Below, one piece after another: positions 43,918 to 53,036 of a stretch of DNA of 64,000 bases; positions within the stretch are counted from its first letter, which is position 1, and each line of letters opens with the position of its first letter. Source of the stretch: Bryobacteraceae bacterium. Its GTDB lineage: Bacteria; Acidobacteriota; Terriglobia; Bryobacterales; Bryobacteraceae. A program made the translations under genes and the position numbers. The stretch spans positions 3,778 through 67,777 of the forward strand of contig JAHDVK010000029.1 in the NCBI GenBank assembly GCA_023384675.1, written 5' to 3'. The notes beneath the pieces were generated by a model. It was not told the origin of the DNA and did no database searches. It saw only the letters and a list, made by a program, of their open reading frames with translations.

Positions 43918-46416
43918 GTGCCTGAGGAATTGAAGCGCGACACCTTGCTCGACTGCTTCCGCGCATTGGAAGCGGTGCGCGGGCAGGCGCTGGTGCATGA
44001 CGACGGGTTCCGTCCGCGGCACTACACGTACGCAGCTCTGGTGCGGGCGGCGCGCAACTTCGCGGCGAAGCTGGAGGCGGAGGGCATCGGGCACGGCGAC
44101 CGGGTGATCCTGTGGAGCGAGAACCGGCCGGAGTGGGTGGCGGCGTTCTGGGGCTGCGTGCTGAAGGGCGTGGCGATCGCGCCGATCGACGAGAAGCATT
44201 CGGTGGAGTTTCTCGAGCGTGTGTGCGCGATCACGGCGCCAAAGGCGATTCTGGCGGGCAACGAAGTGGCGCTGCCCGAAGGCGCGGCGCGCGCGCCGGT
44301 GTGGAAGCTGGCTGAATTGGATTGGAAGGGCGATCCGCCGGGCTTCACCGAAGCGCCGGTGCAAGCGGGCGACACGGTGCAGATCCTGTTCACCTCGGGG
44401 GCGACGGCGGAGCCGAAGGGCGTGGTGATCACGCACCGCAACATCCTGGCGAACACGGTACCGGTGGAGCGGGAAATCCACAAGCACCGCAAGCTGGCGT
44501 GGCCTTTCTCGCCGATCCGCTTTCTGAACCTGCTGCCGCTGAGCCATATGTTCGGGCAGGCGATGGCAATTTTTATTCCGCCGATGTTGGGCGGCACGGT
44601 GGTATTCCAGCGATCGCACGCGCCGGTCGAAATCATCCGGCAGATCCGGACGCGGAAGATCTCGGTGCTGGTGTCGGTGCCGAAAATTCTTGAGGTGCTG
44701 AAGGAATATCTTGGCGGAGCCGTGCCTGAGACGAAGGAGCCGGCTCCGGCGGGCGAGAAGTTCTGGTGGCGCTGGTGGCGCTACCGCCGGGCGCACAAGC
44801 TGTTCGGGATGAAATTCTGGAGCTTCATCGTGGGCGGGGCGGCGCTGGATCCGGCTTTGGAAGAGTACTTCGGCAATCTCGGCTGGGTGGTGATTCAGGG
44901 CTACGGGCTGACGGAAGCCGCGCCAATCGTCACGTTGAACCACCCCTTCCACGCGCGCAAGGGAACGGTGGGCAAGCCGATTCACGGCGTGGAGATCAAG
45001 ATCGCGGACGACGGCGAGGTGCTGGTGCGCGGGGGCAACGTGACGAGCGGCTACTACAACAACCCCGAGGCGACGGAGGAGGCGTTCGAGGGCGGCTGGT
45101 TCCACACGGGCGACATCGGCGAGTTGGACGAGAGCGGCCGGCTGATGATCAAGGGACGCAAGAAGGAGATGATCGTTCTGCCCGACGGGCGCAACGTTTT
45201 CCCGGAGGATGTGGAGCGGGTGCTGAACGCGATTGCGGGCGTGAAGGAAAGCGCGGTGGTGGGCATGAAGAGCGACGGCGGGGAGCGGGTGCACGCGGCG
45301 CTGGCGCTCGAGGATGGAGTGGAGGCGGAGGAAGTGCTCCGGCAGGCTAATGCGCGCCTGGAGGAGCACCAGAAGGTACGCGGCTACACCGTATGGCCCG
45401 AAGCGGAACTGCCGCGCACGGAAGGCACGCGTAAGTTGAAGCGCCGGGCGATCCGGCTGCAAGTCGCGGGCGAAACGCCCGTGGCGGCCGCGATTCCGGC
45501 CGAGGGTGTGGAGGGTTTGCTGGCAAAGTGGTCGTCGGGGCGCGCGCTGGACGCGGGTACATCGCTGGACGACCTGGGGCTTTCGTCGCTCGACCGGGTG
45601 GAGTTGCTGGTGGCGCTCGAACAGAAGCTGGGCGCGCCGGTAGACGAATCGGCCTTTGCAGCGGCGCGCACAGTGGCCGATCTCGATCAGATTACAAAAG
45701 CGCCGCCCGCGGCCGCGCCGGACCGCGAAGCGATCGAGTTTCCCAAGTGGAACCGCACGAAGTGGGCCGACTGGTTCCGCACGTTCAACCAGAACCTGTG
45801 GCTGCTGAACCTGGCGCGGATTTTCGCGTGGGTGCGCGCGGAAGGGCGCGAGAATCTGAAGGGATTGGAAGGTCCGGTGATCTTCGCCTCGAACCATCAG
45901 GGCTATTTCGACACGCCGATTCTGCTGATCGCGCTGCCGCTCCGCTGGCGGCGGCGCGTGGCGCCGGCGATGCGTAAGGAGTTCTTCGACGCGCACTTCA
46001 ACCCGGGCAAATACAACCCCTTCAAGTGGTTCACGAACAGCCTGAACTACTGGCTCTCGGCACTGATGTTCAACGCGCTGCCGATTCCGCAGCGCGAGGC
46101 GGGCACGCGCCAGACGCTGCGCTACATCGGCGAGCTGGTGGACGAGGGCTGGTGTCCGCTGATCTTCCCCGAGGGCAAGCACAGCCGCGATGAGACGGTG
46201 CTGCCGTTTCAGGCGGGCGCGGCGATGATGGCTGCGCGGCTGGGCGTGCCGGTGGTGCCGGTGCGGATCCGGGGCTCGAACCGGGTGCTGCATCCGGATT
46301 GGAGCATGGCGCGGCCGGCGTTCGTCAAGGTGAAGTTCGGCGCGCCGGTGAGGCTGGAAGGTGAGGACTACGCGGCGCTGGCGCGGATCCTTGAGGAGAA
46401 AGTGCGCGCATTGTAA
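43918..46416 (+). CDS. tri-domain acyl-AMP ligase (AMP-binding) - acyl carrier (PP-binding) - PlsC-type acyltransferase
   Basis: It has the AMP-binding signature FTSGATAEPKGVVITH, plus YGLTE and TGDIGELDESGRLMIKGRKKE. The carrier-domain serine motif is LGLSSLDRVEL. The acyltransferase HX4D motif is NHQGYFD, with FPEGKHS. The start is uncertain. The track ATG at 43864 overlaps the ATPase gene by 50 nt and has poor GC3 in its last codons, so the GTG at 43918 is used. Confidence 0.85.
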   Translation: MPEELKRDTLLDCFRALEAVRGQALVHDDGFRPRHYTYAALVRAARNFAAKLEAEGIGHGDRVILWSENRPEWVAAFWGCVLKGVAIAPIDEKHSVEFLERVCAITAPKAILAGNEVALPEGAARAPVWKLAELDWKGDPPGFTEAPVQAGDTVQILFTSGATAEPKGVVITHRNILANTVPVEREIHKHRKLAWPFSPIRFLNLLPLSHMFGQAMAIFIPPMLGGTVVFQRSHAPVEIIRQIRTRKISVLVSVPKILEVLKEYLGGAVPETKEPAPAGEKFWWRWWRYRRAHKLFGMKFWSFIVGGAALDPALEEYFGNLGWVVIQGYGLTEAAPIVTLNHPFHARKGTVGKPIHGVEIKIADDGEVLVRGGNVTSGYYNNPEATEEAFEGGWFHTGDIGELDESGRLMIKGRKKEMIVLPDGRNVFPEDVERVLNAIAGVKESAVVGMKSDGGERVHAALALEDGVEAEEVLRQANARLEEHQKVRGYTVWPEAELPRTEGTRKLKRRAIRLQVAGETPVAAAIPAEGVEGLLAKWSSGRALDAGTSLDDLGLSSLDRVELLVALEQKLGAPVDESAFAAARTVADLDQITKAPPAAAPDREAIEFPKWNRTKWADWFRTFNQNLWLLNLARIFAWVRAEGRENLKGLEGPVIFASNHQGYFDTPILLIALPLRWRRRVAPAMRKEFFDAHFNPGKYNPFKWFTNSLNYWLSALMFNALPIPQREAGTRQTLRYIGELVDEGWCPLIFPEGKHSRDETVLPFQAGAAMMAARLGVPVVPVRIRGSNRVLHPDWSMARPAFVKVKFGAPVRLEGEDYAALARILEEKVRAL

Positions 46417-46417
46417 G

Positions 46418-48061
46418 ATGCAGGAAATGACACTCGGGCGATTGCTGCGACGATTGGCCCCGGGCGCATTGGTCCTGGCTTTGAGCCTGCCGGCGTGGGG
46501 GCAGGCGGATGCGCGCCGGGCCCGCCAGCATTACGAAAGCGCAGTAAAGGCGGAAAGCGCGGGGCGGGTTGAGGAGGCGTTGGGACTGCTCACGGAGGCG
46601 TTGCGCGCGGATCCGAAGTCGCAGGACGCGCTGCGGCGGCGCGGGCGGGTGCTGCTGCGGCTCGAGCGGCATGGCGAAGCGGCGCGCGATTTCGATGCCG
46701 CTCTCGCGCTGAATCCGCTCGATGGCGAGAACTGGGCGGGACTCGGGGAGGCCAGGCTCGGTTCGAAAGACTTTGATGCGGCGGTGCTGGCCTTCGAGAA
46801 AGCGATCGAGAACAAGCATGAATCCTCGACGCTCTACCGGCAAATGGGTCAGGCGTATGCGGGGCAGGGCAAGGCTTCGCTGGCCATCGAAGCGTTCACG
46901 AAGTCCAGCAAGTTGCGGCTGGATATTCCTGAAACCTACCTGTACCGCGGGCAGGTTCACGCATCGCTCGGCCGCTATCGCGACGCGATCGAGGACTATG
47001 AGCAGGCGCTGCATCACCGGCCCGACTATGCCGAGGCTCACCGCGAGCGCGGCTTCGCGCACGGGCAGCTGGGTTTGTTTGACCGCGCCCTGGAGGACTT
47101 CAGCCGCGCGCTGCGGATTCATCCGGACGACGCGAGGACGCTGGGCTATCGCGGCGCGGCATACGACGTGCTGAAACGGCCCACCGAGGCGATGGCCGAC
47201 TATGATGCGGCGATCCGGCTGGACCCGCGCGCAGTGAACGTTCTGCTGGCGCGCGCCGATTTGCACGCCCGCCAGCAGAATCACCCGGCTGCGCTCGAGG
47301 ACCGCACGGCTGCGCTGCGCGTAGACCCGGATCATGTGGTGGCGTTGATCGCGCGCGGCGGCTCGTACCATTTGCTGGGGAAGCACGCCGAGGGCATCGC
47401 CGACCGGACGCGCGCGATTCAACTCGATCCGCGGAATGCGCAGCCCTGGTATGCGCGCGGGTCCGCGTACTTTCTGTTGAACGAATACGCGAAAGCGGCC
47501 GCCGATCTGGAGCAGGCCGTCCGCCTGCAACCGAATCACACCGAGGCCAACGAGACGCTGGCGAAGGTGAACGAGATCCTGCGCCGGATGGAAGAGACAC
47601 CGCGCGCGCCTGTAGAGGTAGCGGCGGCAGAGCCGGAACCGAGGCCCGAACCAAAGCCCGAGCCGCCCGCCCCCTCCGAACCCAAACCTCCGCCAACACC
47701 CGCCGCCCAGCCGAAGCCCGCAGCCCCCGTGAAGCCCGCGCCCGAACGCCCGCTTAACGCAGCGGAACTCAATCGCCTGGGCCGAGAGCAACTGAATGCG
47801 GGCAATTTGCCCGAGTCCATCCGGCTGTTGAGTCGGGCCGTGGAAGCAAATCCCCGGTTCGCGCAGGCCTGGAATGCACTGGGCTACGCGCGCATGCTAA
47901 ACGGCGAGTATCGCGACGCGCTGAAGAGCCTGGACGAGGCGCTGAAGATCGATCCGAACTACATCAACGCGCTGCAGAACCGGGCCGCTACGCGCTTACG
48001 ATTGGGCGATAAAGCGGGCGCGGCCGAGGATCAGGCGCGCATCGCCGAATTGCAGAAATAG
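46418..48061 (+). CDS. secreted TPR-repeat protein with proline-rich linker
   Basis: The ATG lies 1 nt after the preceding stop. It has a signal peptide (LAPGALVLALSLPAWGQ) and about 10 TPR units (..A..D...AL.L.P....A...RG...). A PEPRPEPKPEPPAPSEPKPPP linker is followed by 2-3 more TPRs. Confidence 0.8.
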   Translation: MQEMTLGRLLRRLAPGALVLALSLPAWGQADARRARQHYESAVKAESAGRVEEALGLLTEALRADPKSQDALRRRGRVLLRLERHGEAARDFDAALALNPLDGENWAGLGEARLGSKDFDAAVLAFEKAIENKHESSTLYRQMGQAYAGQGKASLAIEAFTKSSKLRLDIPETYLYRGQVHASLGRYRDAIEDYEQALHHRPDYAEAHRERGFAHGQLGLFDRALEDFSRALRIHPDDARTLGYRGAAYDVLKRPTEAMADYDAAIRLDPRAVNVLLARADLHARQQNHPAALEDRTAALRVDPDHVVALIARGGSYHLLGKHAEGIADRTRAIQLDPRNAQPWYARGSAYFLLNEYAKAAADLEQAVRLQPNHTEANETLAKVNEILRRMEETPRAPVEVAAAEPEPRPEPKPEPPAPSEPKPPPTPAAQPKPAAPVKPAPERPLNAAELNRLGREQLNAGNLPESIRLLSRAVEANPRFAQAWNALGYARMLNGEYRDALKSLDEALKIDPNYINALQNRAATRLRLGDKAGAAEDQARIAELQK

Positions 48062-48062
48062 C

Positions 48063-50111
48063 CTACTGCATCACGCGAAAGACGTTGGAATAGTCGTCGG
48101 TCCACAAGCGCATGTTCGAGGGCGGCACGGCCTCGCGCCCGTTCAGCCGGAATTCGTCCGTTTCGAGCAACTCTTCCCTCGCCGTGAGGAGTACCCAGTT
48201 GGTGCCGTAGCAGGAGCCGTCGTCATTGTCCTGCGTCGTGATCATCCAGGCGCGCCGGCCCAGTTCGGCAGCGGCGCGCGCGACTACCGGTTCGAGGTCC
48301 ACGTAGCGGTTTGAGATGTGCACGCCGAGGATGCCGTCCTCCTTGAGGTGCTTCTTGTAGAGGCGCATCGCTTCGATGGTGAGCAGGTGAACGGGGATCG
48401 AATCGCTGGAGAAGGCGTCCACGGCGATGACGTCGTAGCCCTGCGGCGCTTCGCGTTCCAGGCTGAGGCGGGCGTCGCCCAGCACAATCTCGGTTACCGC
48501 CTCAGTGTCCTTGAGGTAGGTGAAGTAATCGTTGGCGATGTTCTCCACGAGCGGGTTGATTTCGTAGAAGCGATACAGGTCGCCGGGCCGTGCGTAGGCG
48601 GCGAGCGTGCCGGTGCCCAGCCCGATGACGGCGATCTTCTGCGGCACGCCGATGGGGCGGGCGTTCACCGCGAGAGCGATGCCCGCGTCCTTGCAGTAGT
48701 AAGCCGCGGGTTCGCGGCGGCGCGCGGGATGAGTGTATTGTTCGCCGTGATTGATTGCGCCGTGGACCAGAGTGCGATAGCTGTCCCACTCGTACAGGTC
48801 GCCGTACTGGCGCACGCTCATCTCGCCATAGAAGTTTCGGACCACCACCATGTTGCCAGTGACCATGTCGCGCACGATGCGCGCGTTCACGCCGGTAATC
48901 AGCGAAGCCAAGGTCACCACGCCGATGGAAGGCCAGCCGAGCAGTTCGCGGCGGAACACCGACTCCTTGTCTACGTACAGTGTGGCCAGGACCACGAGGA
49001 CGCAGAAGACAATCGCGATGGGGAATTCGTAGTAGGCGTTAAAGGCAGCCGGGGCGATCAGCGCGACGAAGACGCCGCCGAGCGCGCCGCCGAGCGAGAT
49101 CATGAAGTAAAACACGGTGAGGTGCGCGGGATGGGGCTTGAGCCGCGCGAGTTCTCCGTGGCACACCATGCAGGCCAGGAAAAACGCGATGGCGAACAGA
49201 GCGATAACGGCCTTCATTTCCGGGCGCTCCGTGGGGTCGGACATCAGCAGCCAGCACATGATGCCGAACGCCACGGGCAGCAGCCCCAGAAACACGGGGC
49301 GGCGGTACCAGCCATCGGCGTCGAAGGCGATGATGAATGTCAGCAGGTAGAGGGCCAGTGGCAAAACCCAGAGGAACGGGATGGGCGCCACGTCCATGCT
49401 CATGTGGCTGGTGACGGTCATTAGCAGCATGGAGGCGGCGGCCGCAAGAGCCACCCACAGCGCCATCAGGCCGCGCGTGGGCGCGGGCGCGGTCTCCACC
49501 GGTTCGGCCATTTCCTGGGCTGCCGCCGGCGCGGGCGCACGGCTCAGCCAGCCCGTGTAGGCGCACAGCAGCGCGAACACCCCGAAGCCGATGGACCAGA
49601 CAAAGGACTGTCGCCCTAGAGTCAGGTTCGGTTCGATGAGCGGCGGATAACTCAGCAACGCGAGCATCGAACCCAGGTTCGACAGTGCAAAAAGCCGGTA
49701 CGGAATGCCGCCCGGGTGTTTTTGTACGTACCAGGCTTGTACCAGGGGGCCTGTTGTCGAGAGCAGAAAATAGGGCAGGCCGATGGTCGCTCCCAGAACC
49801 GCAAGGATGCGCCACGCGGGCGCGGTCGGGTCCACCGGTTTCCAGGCCTCGTCGGGCGTCACCGGGAGGATGAATAGAGCCGCCACGAGCAGCGCCGCGT
49901 GCAGCATCCACTGGCGCGAGGGCGGCAGGCGCCGCACGAGCCCGTGGGCGTAGGCATAGCCCGCCAGCAGCACTGCCTGGAAAAAGAGCAGGCACGTGGC
50001 CCAGACTGCGGCCGTTCCGCCGAACCAGGGCAGGATCATCTTGGCGATCATCGGCTGCACCTGAAAAAGAAGGAATGCGCTGAGGAAGATGGTGATGGCG
50101 TGGAACAGCAT
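48063..50111 (-). CDS. fused polytopic membrane domain / spermidine-synthase-like methyltransferase-fold protein
   Basis: The N-terminal ~430 aa are hydrophobic (MLFHAITIFLSAFLLFQVQPMIAKMILPWFGG...). The C-terminal SpeE-like domain has VIGLGTGTLA and DVIAVDAFSSD. Confidence 0.75.
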   Translation of the reverse strand: MLFHAITIFLSAFLLFQVQPMIAKMILPWFGGTAAVWATCLLFFQAVLLAGYAYAHGLVRRLPPSRQWMLHAALLVAALFILPVTPDEAWKPVDPTAPAWRILAVLGATIGLPYFLLSTTGPLVQAWYVQKHPGGIPYRLFALSNLGSMLALLSYPPLIEPNLTLGRQSFVWSIGFGVFALLCAYTGWLSRAPAPAAAQEMAEPVETAPAPTRGLMALWVALAAAASMLLMTVTSHMSMDVAPIPFLWVLPLALYLLTFIIAFDADGWYRRPVFLGLLPVAFGIMCWLLMSDPTERPEMKAVIALFAIAFFLACMVCHGELARLKPHPAHLTVFYFMISLGGALGGVFVALIAPAAFNAYYEFPIAIVFCVLVVLATLYVDKESVFRRELLGWPSIGVVTLASLITGVNARIVRDMVTGNMVVVRNFYGEMSVRQYGDLYEWDSYRTLVHGAINHGEQYTHPARRREPAAYYCKDAGIALAVNARPIGVPQKIAVIGLGTGTLAAYARPGDLYRFYEINPLVENIANDYFTYLKDTEAVTEIVLGDARLSLEREAPQGYDVIAVDAFSSDSIPVHLLTIEAMRLYKKHLKEDGILGVHISNRYVDLEPVVARAAAELGRRAWMITTQDNDDGSCYGTNWVLLTAREELLETDEFRLNGREAVPPSNMRLWTDDYSNVFRVMQ

Positions 50112-50145
50112 GCGGAATCTTTGATTTTAAGACACGTGGCGGGGT

Positions 50146-52065
50146 CTATCCGGTTACGCGGCGGTGCAGAATCAGGCTGCCGCCATCGCCGGCTTGTGCG
50201 GACCAGGCGGGCGGCACAAGCAAAGTGGAGCCGTAGTCGATTACAAGCAAGGGGCCGGTTTGCGGTTCGAGGCCGATGGCAGCGCGGTCCAGAACGCGTG
50301 CGCGGCGGAAGCGCCCGCCGGTGAAGACAGGCCGGGCAGGGTATTCCGCTTTCACTGTTGCGGCCGGCGGTGCGAGAGGGGGCTGGGGGGAAAGGCGGCG
50401 GGCGCGGACGCGGATGGTCACGACCTCCACGGGATGAGATGGGTTGGCATAGCCATAGGTCTGCTGGTGCGCCGCGTGGAAACCGCGGACGGCGGCGGCG
50501 CGGCTGCGCCAGGGCACGGTGAGTTCGTAGCTTTGACCTTGATAGCGCAAGTCGGCCATTCTTTCGATTCTCGCGCCCGGGGTTTCCGCGCGGGCCTGGG
50601 CCTCGAGCCGGGCGAATTGCGAGCCCGGGTTCGACTCGCCGAGCACGCCCGCGGCGTAGTCGCGGATGCGATCCGCGAGCAGCATACCGAGGGCGGAGAG
50701 CGATCCGGCGAGGGCGGGCGCCAGGACTGTACGCATGCCCAGTTCTTCGGCCATTTCACACGCGTGCAGCCCGCCGCAACCGCCGAAGGCAACCAGCGCG
50801 AAGCCGCGCGGGTCGATGCCGCGCTCGACGGACACAACACGGATGGCGCGGCTCATTGTGGCGTTCGCAACGCGCAGCACCCCGGCGGCTGTTTCTTCAA
50901 CGGAAAGGCGGAGTTCCCGGGCCAGGGGTTCGAAGGCGACGCGGGCGCGCGCCGGGTGAATGCGCAGGGATCCGCCCGCGAGCTGATCGGCTGCGATGCG
51001 GCCGAGGACGACATGGGCGTCCGTGACTGTGGGCCGGCTGCCCGCGCCGTAACAAGCCGGTCCGGGATCGGCGCCGGCGCTCTCCGGACCCACCCGCAAC
51101 AGCCCGCCGGCATCCACGCGCGCCAGCGAACCGCCACCCGCGCCTACTGTGTGGATTTCGAGCATGGGCGTTTTCACGGGGAGGCCGTCCACCAAGGCTT
51201 CGTGGGTTTCGCGCGGCGCGCCGTCGCACAGGCTGACGTCGGTGGAAGTGCCACCCATGTCGAAGCCGACGACCTGAGTGAAGCCCGCGGCGCGCCCCAC
51301 TGCCACCGCACCCGCCACGCCGCCCGCGGGTCCGCTGAGGATGGTGCGCACGCTGAAGCGCGCGGCCTCATCCACGGACATCGCGCCGCCGTTGGACTGC
51401 ATCACGTGGATCGTGTGGGGCGCATCGGCCAGCCGCTCGAGGTAGCGGCGCATGAGGGGGCCGACATAGGCGTTCAGCGCCGTAGTGGAGGCGCGCTCAT
51501 ACTCGCGAAATTCCGGGCAGATCTCATGCGAGACACTCACGGGGCAGAGGTTTTCCAGGGCTTCGCGCACAAGCGCCTCATGACGGCCGTCGCGGTAAGC
51601 GTGCAGGAAGCAGACGGCCACGGACTCGATGCCCGCGCGCTTCAGCGCTGCGCGCAAACGACGCAGCGCCCCCGGGGCTGGTGTCTGCTCCACTGTGCCA
51701 TCGGCATGGATGCGTTCCTTCATGCCGAAGCACAATTCCCGTGGAATCAGCAGCCGCTTGGGCGGCGGCGTGAGGTCGAAGAGCGCGGCACGGTTCTGGC
51801 GGCCGATTTCGAGCAGATCCTCGAAGCCGGCGGTGGTGACCAGCGCGGTCCGCGCGCCTTTGCGCTCCAGCAAGGCGTTGGTCGCGACAGTGGAGCCATG
51901 AATGGCTTCGGCTCGCTTGCCCGCCGCCGCCCGGGCAAGGCCCGCGAGAATCACCTCATGCGGAGCGCGCGGATTCGAGCGCAACTTGAAGGTTTCCAGC
52001 CGCCCGCCGCGGTGGAGCACTACGAAGTCGGTGAACGTACCGCCCGCGTCGATGCCGATTCTCAT
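50146..52065 (-). CDS. hydantoinase/oxoprolinase family protein (HyuA-type, A subunit)
   Basis: MRIGIDAGGTFTDFV is the ASKHA N-terminus. FDMGGTSTDV and VGAGGGS motifs are present. 639 aa. Confidence 0.85.
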   Translation of the reverse strand: MRIGIDAGGTFTDFVVLHRGGRLETFKLRSNPRAPHEVILAGLARAAAGKRAEAIHGSTVATNALLERKGARTALVTTAGFEDLLEIGRQNRAALFDLTPPPKRLLIPRELCFGMKERIHADGTVEQTPAPGALRRLRAALKRAGIESVAVCFLHAYRDGRHEALVREALENLCPVSVSHEICPEFREYERASTTALNAYVGPLMRRYLERLADAPHTIHVMQSNGGAMSVDEAARFSVRTILSGPAGGVAGAVAVGRAAGFTQVVGFDMGGTSTDVSLCDGAPRETHEALVDGLPVKTPMLEIHTVGAGGGSLARVDAGGLLRVGPESAGADPGPACYGAGSRPTVTDAHVVLGRIAADQLAGGSLRIHPARARVAFEPLARELRLSVEETAAGVLRVANATMSRAIRVVSVERGIDPRGFALVAFGGCGGLHACEMAEELGMRTVLAPALAGSLSALGMLLADRIRDYAAGVLGESNPGSQFARLEAQARAETPGARIERMADLRYQGQSYELTVPWRSRAAAVRGFHAAHQQTYGYANPSHPVEVVTIRVRARRLSPQPPLAPPAATVKAEYPARPVFTGGRFRRARVLDRAAIGLEPQTGPLLVIDYGSTLLVPPAWSAQAGDGGSLILHRRVTG

Positions 52066-52850
52066 TTGGCCGCCTTTCGCGGATAGAGGAATTCGAGCGC
52101 CAGCGGCAGGCGGGTGGCCCAGGCGGCTTCCGAATGCGTGCCGTCGGGCGCTTCGTGATAGGCGAGGCTGCGTCCATCACGCCAGCCCTTGCCGGCGAGC
52201 ATGGCTTTCAGCAGGCGCGCATCGCGCAGGTACACGCCGGGGCTTTCGCCTTCGGCCGCGCCCATGTCGAGCCACAGCCGCGGCCGGCGGGAGTGGTTCA
52301 TGCGCTCGGCATGCCGCAGGATCACGCGCCGGTCCCACCAGATCGAGGGCGAAAACACTGCGAGGCGGCCGAACACATCGGGGTGTTCCAGTCCGAGCCA
52401 CAGCGACACCAGGCCGCCGAGCGAGGAGCCGCCCACTCCGGTATTGCTCGCGCGCGGCGAGATGCGGAAGCGTGAGCGCAACCACGGCAGGAGTTCCTCG
52501 ATCACCATGCGCGCATGCAGCGGCGCGCCGCCGCCGTCCAGTTTGCGCGTGCGTGTGGGCGTGTATTCGAAAAGGCGCTTTTCCGCGCCATGATAGACCG
52601 CTGCAATGATCAGAGGCTCAATGCGGCGATGAGCGAGCAGCTGGTCGGCCGTCTCCCTGGCCCGCCAATGCTGGCCTGGGACATAGGCGGTGGACGGGTC
52701 AAAGACATTCTGGCCGTCATGCAGAAGCAGCAGCGGGTATTTGCGCCGCGTGTCCTGCTTGTAGCCGGGCGGCAGATAGACCGTCACCGGACGCCGCGCG
52801 CCCAGATGGTGGCTGACAAAATCCTCGTAGAGGTGGAGAGTGCCGGGCAA
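52062..52850 (-). CDS. esterase-family alpha/beta hydrolase (putative esterase / enterochelin-esterase-like)
   Basis: It has YLPPGY...YPLLLLHDGQN and the nucleophile elbow GGSSLGG. TTG start (no nearby ATG). Its stop overlaps the hydantoinase start in an ATGA. Confidence 0.7.
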   Translation of the reverse strand: MPGTLHLYEDFVSHHLGARRPVTVYLPPGYKQDTRRKYPLLLLHDGQNVFDPSTAYVPGQHWRARETADQLLAHRRIEPLIIAAVYHGAEKRLFEYTPTRTRKLDGGGAPLHARMVIEELLPWLRSRFRISPRASNTGVGGSSLGGLVSLWLGLEHPDVFGRLAVFSPSIWWDRRVILRHAERMNHSRRPRLWLDMGAAEGESPGVYLRDARLLKAMLAGKGWRDGRSLAYHEAPDGTHSEAAWATRLPLALEFLYPRKAAK

Positions 52851-52900
52851 TTCTCTATCGTAACCGGGCCAGAGAAATTCGGGGGGAAAGCGGCGGGAAG

Positions 52901-52975
52901 TGGTAGCGCTAACGGGATTCGAACCCGTATTTGAGCCTTGAGAGGGCTCCGTCCTAACCCTTAGACGATAGCGCC
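52901..52975 (-). tRNA. tRNA-Glu (anticodon CUC), CCA encoded
   Basis: Hand-folded from the reverse complement: GGCGCTA-TC-GTCT-AAGGGTTA-GGAC-G-GAGCC-CTCTCAA-GGCTC-AAAT-ACGGG-TTCGAAT-CCCGT-TAGCGCT-A-CCA. The 4-nt variable loop and D arm are typical of tRNA-Glu. Position 1-72 is a G-U pair. Confidence 0.8.
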
Positions 52976-53036
52976 ACTTTGCCTTTCATCATAGCGGGTG
53001 GGCGCTTGGACGGCAACAGCGATAGAATCATGGTCA

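Noticed and set aside
43855-46293. An 812-aa minus-strand ORF antisense to the acyl-AMP ligase-ACP-PlsC gene.
   Set aside because: It is an Arg/His/Pro/Gln-rich shadow ORF, whereas the plus strand carries three textbook motif sets.
50164-52086. A 640-aa plus-strand ORF antisense to the hydantoinase gene. The same applies to 22015-24309, 26615-28213, 34534-36168, 37653-39047 and 46325-47791.
   Set aside because: All are Arg/Gly/Ala/His-rich with no recognisable domains, and each is fully contained opposite a gene with strong family motifs.
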